From Acutalibacteraceae bacterium (lineage in GTDB: Bacteria; Bacillota; Clostridia; Oscillospirales; Acutalibacteraceae): DNA of 64,000 bases. Position numbers and translations under genes: made by a program. Location: assembly GCA_045577815.1 (NCBI GenBank), contig JAZNJB010000006.1:10332-74331 (forward strand). Reading direction: 5' to 3'. How positions within the stretch are numbered: the stretch's first letter is position 1; every line of letters begins with the position of its first letter. Under the pieces are notes generated by a model, which saw nothing but the letters and a program-made list of their open reading frames with translations, had not been told where the DNA came from and searched no databases. Positions 1 to 7,472 of this stretch are shown one piece after another.

Positions 1-720
1 ATTTTTCTCTAACCAAGCATAACTACGAGTTATATCTTCAAGCCCTGTAGGTACCGGGTCATCATTTTCAAGAATAACCCAATCAAGACCGATTGCATTA
101 ACACCTTCGATAACCTTAGTTAAATCATTTTCGCCTTCGCCGAGAGCCTTAGGCTTTCTGTTAACACCATCTTTAATATGAACAAGAACGATTTTATCTT
201 TGTTTTCGGGAAGATATTTGCTGTTATCAATACCTGCGCAGAAGCTCCAGTATGTATCAACCTCAAGCTTGCAACCATTTTCAGAAATAACATCCATAGC
301 ATTTTTGCCGTCTTTAAGGTCTTCAAATTCTTCTGTATGGTTGTGATAATATGTATCCATACCCATTTCACGAGCTTTTACACCTGCGGCACTGAGAACA
401 TCACCTGTGTTTTTAGCTTCCTCATAAGTAGAATGAGGTGCACCGCCAACGCCGAGATATTTTGCACCAAGTGCTTTACCATACGCAAGAGTTTTATCAA
501 GATTTTCAGGCTTGAAATCATCAAGACCCATATGGCTACCCACAACTTCAAGGCCTAATTCTTCACATCTTGCGCGAAGAACGTCAGCATCAAGGTCAAA
601 ATAACCTGCGAACTCAACACCGTCAAAGCCGATTTCTCTAACCTTGCCGAGAACCTCTAACATATCTTTTCCGTCTTTGATATGGTCACGAACGGAATAT
701 AACTGTACTGCAAATTTCAT
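1..720 (-). CDS. sugar phosphate isomerase/epimerase (xylose-isomerase-like TIM barrel); C-terminus cut by window edge
   Basis: Uninterrupted minus-strand frame from ATG 720-718 (AGGAG about 10 nt upstream) to position 1. Translation MKFAVQLYSVRDH..IGFDGVEFAGY..YYHNHTEEF..LVHIKD fits the AP_endonuc_2/IolE-like fold. Absent from ORF track because no stop lies inside the window. Confidence 0.8.
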   Translation of the reverse strand, partial: MKFAVQLYSVRDHIKDGKDMLEVLGKVREIGFDGVEFAGYFDLDADVLRARCEELGLEVVGSHMGLDDFKPENLDKTLAYGKALGAKYLGVGGAPHSTYEEAKNTGDVLSAAGVKAREMGMDTYYHNHTEEFEDLKDGKNAMDVISENGCKLEVDTYWSFCAGIDNSKYLPENKDKIVLVHIKDGVNRKPKALGEGENDLTKVIEGVNAIGLDWVILENDDPVPTGLEDITRSYAWLEKN

Positions 721-737
721 TTTTGTATATCTCCTTA

Positions 738-1829
738 TCAGTCGTTAAAATATACGGGAGCACCTGTTTTAGCTGATTCATAAATCGCTTCAAGAATTCT
801 TGTTACGCAAAGTGCCTGACGAGGCAAAACAACAGGGTCTGTGTCAGTTCTGATAGCGTTAATCCAGGAGGATGCTTCCATTTCTGCAGGAGAGCCATCC
901 TTCTGTCCTTCAAAGAATGCTGCACCGCCTGCTTCAAGATTAGGCTCTTCGATGCACTGACGCTGATGCTTTATGTAGTTAATTCTTGCTTTATCGTCAA
1001 GAGTATCTGCGCCGCCCTTATCACCGCAAACCATATAGCAAGCCTCGTGATAATCTGCAATATTAAGTGCCCAGCTTGATTCAAGGTTAATAACCGCACC
1101 GTTTTTCATTTTTATAAAACCGAATGCGGAATCTTCAACTGTATATTCTTTCGGGTCCCATTTACCCCAGGCGTTGCCCTGCTCTTCCTGATCTGCAAGC
1201 TTACGGAAGGTCTGGCCGACAACCATTTCAGGCTCATAATTATTCATAACCCAAAGAGTCATATCAAGAGCGTGAGTACCGATATCAATAAGAGGACCTC
1301 CACCCTGCTCAAATTCATTAAGGAAAACACCCCATGTGGGAACTGCACGGCGGCGAAGAGCAAGTGCTTTACCATAATAAATTTCTCCGAAATCGCCATT
1401 ATCTGCGCATTTTTTAACATAGAGATTCTGAGCTGTCTGACGATTCTGATAACCGATAGAAAGCTTCTTGCCTGTTCTTTCTGCAGCTTCGCACATAGCC
1501 TTTGCTTCCTCATAGGTTTTTGCCATGGGCTTTTCACACATAACGTGCTTACCTGCCTCAAGAGAATCAATAGTAATAAAGCTATGTGAACGGTTAGGTG
1601 TACAAACATGGATAACATCAATGCTCTCATCCTTGAGGAGCTCTTTATAATCCTCGTAAACCTTTGCATCGGGAGTGCCGAATTTTTCTGCTGCTTTTTC
1701 TGCTCTTTCTTTGATAATATCACAGAAAGCAACCATTTCTACACCATCAACCTTTTTAAGAGCGGGCATATGTTTTCCGTTTGCAATACCACCACAACCG
1801 ATGATACCGATTTTTAAAATTTCATCCAT
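738..1829 (-). CDS. Gfo/Idh/MocA family NAD(P)-dependent oxidoreductase
   Basis: 363-aa ORF. N-terminal Rossmann motif IGIIGCGGIANGKHMPAL and EKP motif (MCEKPMA). 17 nt upstream of the isomerase gene, so likely an operon. Confidence 0.9.
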   Translation of the reverse strand: MDEILKIGIIGCGGIANGKHMPALKKVDGVEMVAFCDIIKERAEKAAEKFGTPDAKVYEDYKELLKDESIDVIHVCTPNRSHSFITIDSLEAGKHVMCEKPMAKTYEEAKAMCEAAERTGKKLSIGYQNRQTAQNLYVKKCADNGDFGEIYYGKALALRRRAVPTWGVFLNEFEQGGGPLIDIGTHALDMTLWVMNNYEPEMVVGQTFRKLADQEEQGNAWGKWDPKEYTVEDSAFGFIKMKNGAVINLESSWALNIADYHEACYMVCGDKGGADTLDDKARINYIKHQRQCIEEPNLEAGGAAFFEGQKDGSPAEMEASSWINAIRTDTDPVVLPRQALCVTRILEAIYESAKTGAPVYFND

Positions 1830-1964
1830 AATTTTACCATCCTTTCAGGTACAACTTTTCACATTCTATTATATTTCTTTTCCCACATATTTCAAGAATT
1901 TTAAAACATTTATAATACCAAAAAAACACCTCAATATTTGGGGATTTTTCACATACAAATTCTG

Positions 1965-1993
1965 TTGCAAACCAACAACTGATATTATATAAT
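1965..1993 (+). promoter_or_regulatory. putative sigma-A promoter of the GH38 gene
   Basis: TTGCAA (1965-1970), 17-nt spacer, TATAAT (1988-1993), about 30 nt upstream of the start codon. Confidence 0.45.
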
Positions 1994-2025
1994 TTCTTCA
2001 TGTATAACCTTTAGGAGATGTGAAT

Positions 2026-5000
2026 ATGGGAAAGAAAAAGATTTACACAATTGCCACTGCTCACCTTGATACCGTGTGGAGCTGGGATTTGGAAGAAAGC
2101 ATCGATGAATATATAAACGATACCTTCGAGCAAAACTTTAAATTACTTGAAAAATACCCTACATATAAATTCAATTTTGAAGGTGCTTACAGATATGAGC
2201 TTATGGAGGAATATTACCCGGAACAATTCAAAAAAATGACCGAATATATTAAAGAGGGTCGTTGGAATGTCTGCGGTTCTGCTTATGAAAACGGCGATGT
2301 CAATGTACCCTCTCCCGAAGCTCTTTTCAGAAATATTCTTATAGGTAATTCCTATTTTCGTAACCAATTCGGAAAAACCTCGTGCGATATTTATCTGCCT
2401 GACTGCTTCGGATTTGGTTGGGCGTTACCTTCTATTATGCACCATGCAAACCTTAAAGGCTTCACCACTCAGAAATTAAGCTGGGGCGGTGCTTTCGGTG
2501 TTCCCTTTGATACAGGCAGATGGCGTGGTGTTGACGGCAACGAAATTTACACAACCTTAAAATTAGGCTCTTACAGTAAATCCCTTGACAAATTACGTGA
2601 CTGGGATTTCATTGAAGAAAAATTCAAGGAAAATGAACAATATGATTTTCCGTGGACAACTGTTTTCCATGGTGTTGGTGACAGAGGCGGTGCACCTAAA
2701 GAAAAATCCGTAGCCTTCGTTGAACAGGAAATCAACAAAAATGATGAAAGCGATATTGAAATTATCGCCGCAACTGCAGACCAATATTATAAAGATATTG
2801 ATGAACAGCTTACACCCGAACAGAAAGCAAAGCTTCCTGTATGGGAAAATGAGCTTGTTATGAGCGAACACGCTATCGGCAGTTACACCTCAAGAGTTAT
2901 GAGCAAGCGTTGGAACAGGAAAGCAGAAGAGCTTGCAGATATGGCAGAGCGCAGCTCTGTTTTAGGCGATTGGCTCGGTTCATACGACTATAACCGTGAA
3001 AGTCTTACTCGCTCCTGGAAAAGAGTTCTTTCCCACCATTTCCATGATGATATGCCCGGCACATCCTGTCAGCGAGTTTACAAGCGCTCCTGGAATGACC
3101 TTTACATTTCAATGAATCAATTCCAAAGCGAAATTGAGGGCGCGGTTTCTTCTGTTGCAAAGCTTATGAATACAAGTGCTTGCAAGGGTACGCCTGTTAC
3201 TGTTTACAACCCCATTGAAGCAGACAGACACGGCACAGTTACAGTTCGCCTTGACAACCTAAAAACCGATTATGTGAAAGTTTTTGACGGAGAAGAAGAA
3301 ATCAAAGCACAGAGCAAAAAGCTTGATAACAATAAAATTGAAATCACGTTTATAGCAGCTGTGAAAAGCCTTGGCACAAAGGTTTATGATATTCGTGAAA
3401 GCAATTCGCCTTGCAGTGTTGAAGGCACAGTTTCAATTGGTAACAACACTCTTGAAAACGGTAAATACATTGTAAAGCTCAACAACAATGGTGATATTTG
3501 CTCAATTCTTGACAAAACACTTAACAACAAAGAGATTCTTAAAGCACCTGTTGAAATCGGTCTTTTCAACTACACAGGCTCTTGGGATTGGCCTGCCTGG
3601 GAAATGAACTTTGACGAGGCAAATAAAAAGCCTGACAGAAAACCCACCCTTGTAAAAATTGAAGAGCTTGAAAATGGCGTTGCAAGAGTTGCCTATAAGG
3701 TTACTCAGAAAGACGACAGAAGCACATTTACAAATATAATTGCCCTTACTGACGGTGGCGAAACAGTTGAGGTTTACTCGGAAATCGAGTGGCAGTCACT
3801 TCAGACAATGGCTAAAAATGTTTTCTCCTTTACTGCAGACAACGAAAAAGCACTTTATGACCTTGGACTTGGTGCAATTGAACGCGGTAATATGACAAAA
3901 CAGCTCTATGAAGTACCTGCACAGAAATGGGCAGATATTACAGATAAGAGTGGCGAATTTGGTGTTTCTGTTATCAGCGAATGTAAATATGGCTGGGACA
4001 AATTTGACAACAACACTCTCCGCCTTACAGTTATTCATACCCCAAAAGGTAACTACCGTATAGATTCAATGCAGTCTATGATGGATTTGGGACTTAACAG
4101 ATATGCATTCGGCATTTTCAGCCATAATGGCAAGGTGGGTTCAGCTACTCAGCTTCAGGCAAGAATGTTCACTCAGCCAATGTGCGCAGTGGTTTGTGAT
4201 AAACACGATGGTGTTCTCGGTACAGAATACTCGTTCGGTAATGTTTCAACAAATGACATTATTATCCGTGCTATGAAGAAGGCTGAGGAAAGCGATGAAA
4301 TCATTGTTCGTCTCGGTGAGGGAACAAAGAAAAATATCGAAGGCTTTACTCTCGCTTTAGGTGACGGAATTGAAAGCGCAAGAGAAGTTTATGCAAGTGA
4401 AGAGCATATCAGTGAAGCAAGGGTTGTTGACGGAAAGCTGGTTACAGATTTCAAACCCTATGAAATCAAATCCTTCGCCCTCACTCTGAAAAAATCTTCA
4501 ATAAACGCAGAAAAAGCAATTTCAATTCCCGTTGATTTAAAACCTGATAAACAGTTAATTTCAAAACAAAATAAACTTGGGGACTTCAAATATACAATTC
4601 CTTATGAAATCACACCGGACATCATCACCTTAGGCGGTATTGATTTTGAAATCAAGAAAGACGGCAAAAATGCAATTGTTTGCAAAGGACAGAAAATCAC
4701 TGTCAATAATAACGCAACAAAGCTTGTTCTTCTCTGCAACTCCATTGACGGCGATAAAAATGCTAAGTTCAAAGTGGGTAAAGAATCCGTAACAGAATTC
4801 ATTCCCGATGCTTTCCAGAGACCTGCCCGTTGGGATATGTATGATTTCAAGGAAACTGCAAGAATAAAAAATTGCAAGGTAGCTTATGAAATTACCCATT
4901 GTCATAAGGATTTCTCTGATATTACTGCAAAATCAATGTATTTCTTCGCAGTTGAAATTGATTTGAATGGCGAAACAGAAATTACTCTTCCCAAAGATAA

Positions 5001-5202
5001 GGATATTGTTATTCTTTCTGCAACTGAGGTTAAAGGCTCTCTCGGTGGTCTTGCAACACCTCTTTGCGAAGAAGTTAAGGAAAGAAAATTCAAGTTCAGA
5101 ATGACCCGCAAAGAGAAAAAACAGTACAAAAAAGAAAGAAAATTAAAAAATCTCCACGACAAAAAGTTCTATAATCGTAAAAATTGGGGAAAAAACTATT
5201 AA
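2026..5202 (+). CDS. glycoside hydrolase family 38 alpha-mannosidase (cytoplasmic, no signal peptide)
   Basis: Long ORF. N-terminal HLDTVWSWD and HHFHDDMPGTS motifs are typical of GH38. ATG 2026 preferred over GTG 2020 (AGGAGA 2013-2018, 7-nt spacer). Confidence 0.9.
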   Translation: MGKKKIYTIATAHLDTVWSWDLEESIDEYINDTFEQNFKLLEKYPTYKFNFEGAYRYELMEEYYPEQFKKMTEYIKEGRWNVCGSAYENGDVNVPSPEALFRNILIGNSYFRNQFGKTSCDIYLPDCFGFGWALPSIMHHANLKGFTTQKLSWGGAFGVPFDTGRWRGVDGNEIYTTLKLGSYSKSLDKLRDWDFIEEKFKENEQYDFPWTTVFHGVGDRGGAPKEKSVAFVEQEINKNDESDIEIIAATADQYYKDIDEQLTPEQKAKLPVWENELVMSEHAIGSYTSRVMSKRWNRKAEELADMAERSSVLGDWLGSYDYNRESLTRSWKRVLSHHFHDDMPGTSCQRVYKRSWNDLYISMNQFQSEIEGAVSSVAKLMNTSACKGTPVTVYNPIEADRHGTVTVRLDNLKTDYVKVFDGEEEIKAQSKKLDNNKIEITFIAAVKSLGTKVYDIRESNSPCSVEGTVSIGNNTLENGKYIVKLNNNGDICSILDKTLNNKEILKAPVEIGLFNYTGSWDWPAWEMNFDEANKKPDRKPTLVKIEELENGVARVAYKVTQKDDRSTFTNIIALTDGGETVEVYSEIEWQSLQTMAKNVFSFTADNEKALYDLGLGAIERGNMTKQLYEVPAQKWADITDKSGEFGVSVISECKYGWDKFDNNTLRLTVIHTPKGNYRIDSMQSMMDLGLNRYAFGIFSHNGKVGSATQLQARMFTQPMCAVVCDKHDGVLGTEYSFGNVSTNDIIIRAMKKAEESDEIIVRLGEGTKKNIEGFTLALGDGIESAREVYASEEHISEARVVDGKLVTDFKPYEIKSFALTLKKSSINAEKAISIPVDLKPDKQLISKQNKLGDFKYTIPYEITPDIITLGGIDFEIKKDGKNAIVCKGQKITVNNNATKLVLLCNSIDGDKNAKFKVGKESVTEFIPDAFQRPARWDMYDFKETARIKNCKVAYEITHCHKDFSDITAKSMYFFAVEIDLNGETEITLPKDKDIVILSATEVKGSLGGLATPLCEEVKERKFKFRMTRKEKKQYKKERKLKNLHDKKFYNRKNWGKNY

Positions 5203-5230
5203 AAAAGACGGCGCAAGCCGTCTTTTTTTA
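5203..5230 (+). terminator. rho-independent terminator after GH38 gene
   Basis: AAGACGGC-GCAA-GCCGTCTT stem-loop followed by a T-run. Confidence 0.8.
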
Positions 5231-5232
5231 AT

Positions 5233-5260
5233 TCGGAATGCGGAATTCGGAATGCGGAAT
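5233..5260 (+). repeat. heptanucleotide tandem array TKCGGAA x4
   Basis: TTCGGAA TGCGGAA TTCGGAA TGCGGAA read directly, starting 3 nt after the terminator T-run. Confidence 0.9.
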
Positions 5261-5310
5261 GTCGGGTCTGCGACGCAATTGTAAAATAGATTATTGTACG
5301 ATATAACCTT

Positions 5311-5334
5311 GTAGGGAACGGTCTTGACCGTTCC
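5311..5334 (+). repeat. GTAGGG-flanked 8-bp hairpin with CTTG loop (family 1, copy a)
   Basis: GTAG GGAACGGT CTTG ACCGTTCC; perfect stem. Confidence 0.9.
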
Positions 5335-5356
5335 GTCAGATTTACAATTAACTTAG

Positions 5357-5382
5357 CGGTCGGGTCAAGACCCGACCCTACA
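5357..5382 (-). repeat. GTAGGG-flanked 8-bp hairpin with CTTG loop (family 1, copy b, inverted relative to copy a)
   Basis: Reverse complement reads TGTAG GGTCGGGT CTTG ACCCGACC G. Same flank and loop as copy a, different stem. Confidence 0.9.
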
Positions 5383-5439
5383 TTGTCTTACTTCACCTCT
5401 TGCGAAGCTTATAATGTTTGGAAGCGAAGCTTCCCCAAC

Positions 5440-5474
5440 ACTCCTCACTCCTAAATCCTCACTCCTAACTTCAC
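5440..5474 (-). repeat. heptanucleotide tandem array (plus strand ACTCCTM-like x5; minus strand KAGGAGT, Shine-Dalgarno-like) abutting the PiT stop codon
   Basis: ACTCCTC ACTCCTA AATCCTC ACTCCTA ACTTCAC read directly. The last unit overlaps the TAG stop of the PiT gene. Confidence 0.85.
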
Positions 5475-6502
5475 TAAAATATTCTCAAAAATATTTTAGT
5501 CACCAAAAACCCTATCACCCCACATCCCGGGAATGTTAAAATCCACGTCAATCCGATTTCCCTTATAACTGACGGATTCAGGGATTTTATATTTTTGGCA
5601 CTACCTGCACCCATCATTGCGGTGGTTTTGGCGTGGGTGGTGGAAACAGGGAAGCCGAAAACTGTGCTTACCAAAAGAGAAAGCGTTGCTGAAAGGTCGG
5701 CAGAAAAGCCTTGGTATTTTTCGAGCCTTACCATATCCATTCCAACGGATTTTATGATTTTTTTACCACCGCACATTGTACCCAAAGCCATAACGACCGA
5801 GCAAAGAAGAATAATTCGCCAATCAGATTGAAAATTATCATTCTGATTAGCTCCCGAAAAGCTCATACATAGCATTAGTACCGCAATAAATTTCTGTCCA
5901 TCCTGTGCTCCGTGCATAAAGCTCATTCCTGCAGCAGCAAAAATCTGACCATATTTAAAGAACTGTTCTGCATTTTTCCTTTTTATATTTCTGAAAAGCG
6001 TAATTATCAATTTGCAGATAACAAACCCTACAATAAAACCAAATAAACAAGATGTGAAAAGCCCTTTTACTGCTTTAAGCCATTCTTCTCCGTTTATACC
6101 TGATAGCCCACCATTAATTGCAATGGCACTGCCTGAAAGACCTGCAATAAGAGCGTGGCTTTCACTTGTAGGAATACCAAAATACCAGGCTAGCACCGCC
6201 CAGAAAACAATGCTGAAAAGCGCAGCAGAAAGAGCAACAGAAGCAGAATGTGTGTCACTTCCGAAATCCACTATATTTGCAACCGTTACAGTAACCGAAT
6301 TATTGATTGCACTCATAACCGCAACGCCTGAAAAATTTAATATTGCAGACATTATAAGAGCTGATTTTAACTTCATACACCTTGTAACCGTCACAGTTGA
6401 AATTGCATTTGGAGCATCAGTCAAGCCGTTTACAAACACTACCGCAAGAGTAAGTATTATCGATGTCAGGGTTAAAGGTGAGAGGCTTAATATTTCTGTC
6501 AT
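5474..6502 (-). CDS. inorganic phosphate transporter, PiT (PHO4) family
   Basis: Polytopic membrane ORF with NGLTDAPNAISTVTVTR and a second HGAQDGQK motif typical of PiT. Start moved to ATG 6502 (GGGAGA, 7-nt spacer). Confidence 0.85.
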   Translation of the reverse strand: MTEILSLSPLTLTSIILTLAVVFVNGLTDAPNAISTVTVTRCMKLKSALIMSAILNFSGVAVMSAINNSVTVTVANIVDFGSDTHSASVALSAALFSIVFWAVLAWYFGIPTSESHALIAGLSGSAIAINGGLSGINGEEWLKAVKGLFTSCLFGFIVGFVICKLIITLFRNIKRKNAEQFFKYGQIFAAAGMSFMHGAQDGQKFIAVLMLCMSFSGANQNDNFQSDWRIILLCSVVMALGTMCGGKKIIKSVGMDMVRLEKYQGFSADLSATLSLLVSTVFGFPVSTTHAKTTAMMGAGSAKNIKSLNPSVIREIGLTWILTFPGCGVIGFLVTKIFLRIF

Positions 6503-6592
6503 CGTTATTTCTCCCGATATTTGCAAATTTGTCTTTTATATGATATATTCAAATCAGAACAAAATATATTCATAATAGATCGGAGAATTCCA

Positions 6593-7159
6593 ATGAATGA
6601 CAGAGAAATAAAAATGCCAAAAGAAGCTGCAACAATATTTCTTTTATATGGAGTTGGTAATTTTTTCTCTATAATCAGCAACACATTAATAACAAACAAA
6701 TCTGGAGAAATGGCAGCATCAGTAATTATTAAAGTTTTTCTTTTGGGTGTAACTAATCTTTTAATGAGCAGTGCTTTGTTCTCTAAAAATTACAGCAACA
6801 AGCTGATACTCAGCTCAGCTTCACTTATGATACCAACTGTTTTTTCTTTATTTTTTGTCGTAAATACAACTCTTGTATTTCATATTATTTTCTGTTTATT
6901 ACTCACAGCTTTTACATACATTATGGTAAAAATGCCTGAAACACCCATAAGAGAAGAAATTGTGAAATTTCGTTTTATCATCCCGCTTTTTCAGGCTCTT
7001 TTATTTATAATTTCTTCAACGAATCTTATTCAACAACTCTATTATAAAAATTCGATTATTTCTCTTATACCATCAGTACTCTCTTTAATTACAAATTTTT
7101 TACCTATAATCTGCTACATTTTTCTTGTAAACTGGCTTGCGGACCCATACAAAAAATAA
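6593..7159 (+). CDS. hypothetical polytopic membrane protein
   Basis: AT-rich ORF with several hydrophobic segments. ATG 6593 preceded by GGAGA. No recognisable family. Confidence 0.55.
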   Translation: MNDREIKMPKEAATIFLLYGVGNFFSIISNTLITNKSGEMAASVIIKVFLLGVTNLLMSSALFSKNYSNKLILSSASLMIPTVFSLFFVVNTTLVFHIIFCLLLTAFTYIMVKMPETPIREEIVKFRFIIPLFQALLFIISSTNLIQQLYYKNSIISLIPSVLSLITNFLPIICYIFLVNWLADPYKK

Positions 7160-7171
7160 CTTACAAAACAA

Positions 7172-7200
7172 TTGACATATAAAAACCTCTGTGTTAAACT
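7172..7200 (+). promoter_or_regulatory. putative sigma-A promoter of scfA
   Basis: TTGACA (7172-7177), 17-nt spacer, TAAACT (7195-7200). Confidence 0.5.
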
Positions 7201-7239
7201 AAGAAAGTAAATTTTATTAATTATGTGGAGGATGCTATT

Positions 7240-7392
7240 ATGGAACACATCAAAACAATTGAAACACGCAATTTGTGTGAAAGTGCTAAAAACGGCGGTT
7301 GTGGCGAATGTCAGACATCTTGCCAGTCTGCTTGCAAAACAAGCTGCGGTATCGCTAACCAGGAATGCGAAAGCGTTAAAGAAAGCAAGTAA
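7240..7392 (+). CDS. scfA: SCIFF-type (six-cysteines-in-forty-five) ranthipeptide precursor, 50 aa
   Basis: ATG 7240 with GGAGGA 7 nt upstream. Translation MEHIKTIETRNLCESAKNGGCGECQTSCQSACKTSCGIANQECESVKESK. The GGCGECQTSCQSACKTSC core is the SCIFF signature. Below the length cutoff of the ORF track, which shows only an out-of-frame ORF here. Confidence 0.9.
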   Translation: MEHIKTIETRNLCESAKNGGCGECQTSCQSACKTSCGIANQECESVKESK

Positions 7393-7410
7393 TCAATTTG
7401 TAAAAAACAG

Positions 7411-7439
7411 AAATGCCGCCGTTAATGGCGGCATTTTTC
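7411..7439 (+). terminator. intrinsic terminator/attenuator between scfA and scfB
   Basis: AAATGCCGCC-GTTAA-TGGCGGCATTT followed by TTTTT. Confidence 0.7.
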
Positions 7440-7472
7440 TTAGAGTGAGTCAAGTATAGAGGAGATTAAATT

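Noticed and set aside
6012-6575. 187-aa plus-strand ORF
   Set aside because: Antisense to the PiT transporter gene, which has clear family motifs. Same reasoning applies to the many nested antisense ORFs inside arg genes, GH genes and aaRS genes.
7223-7459. 78-aa ORF listed in the track (MWRMLLWNTSKQ...)
   Set aside because: It is out of frame with, and fully overlaps, the SCIFF precursor gene. It has no SD and reads through the scfA terminator hairpin. It is a shadow ORF.
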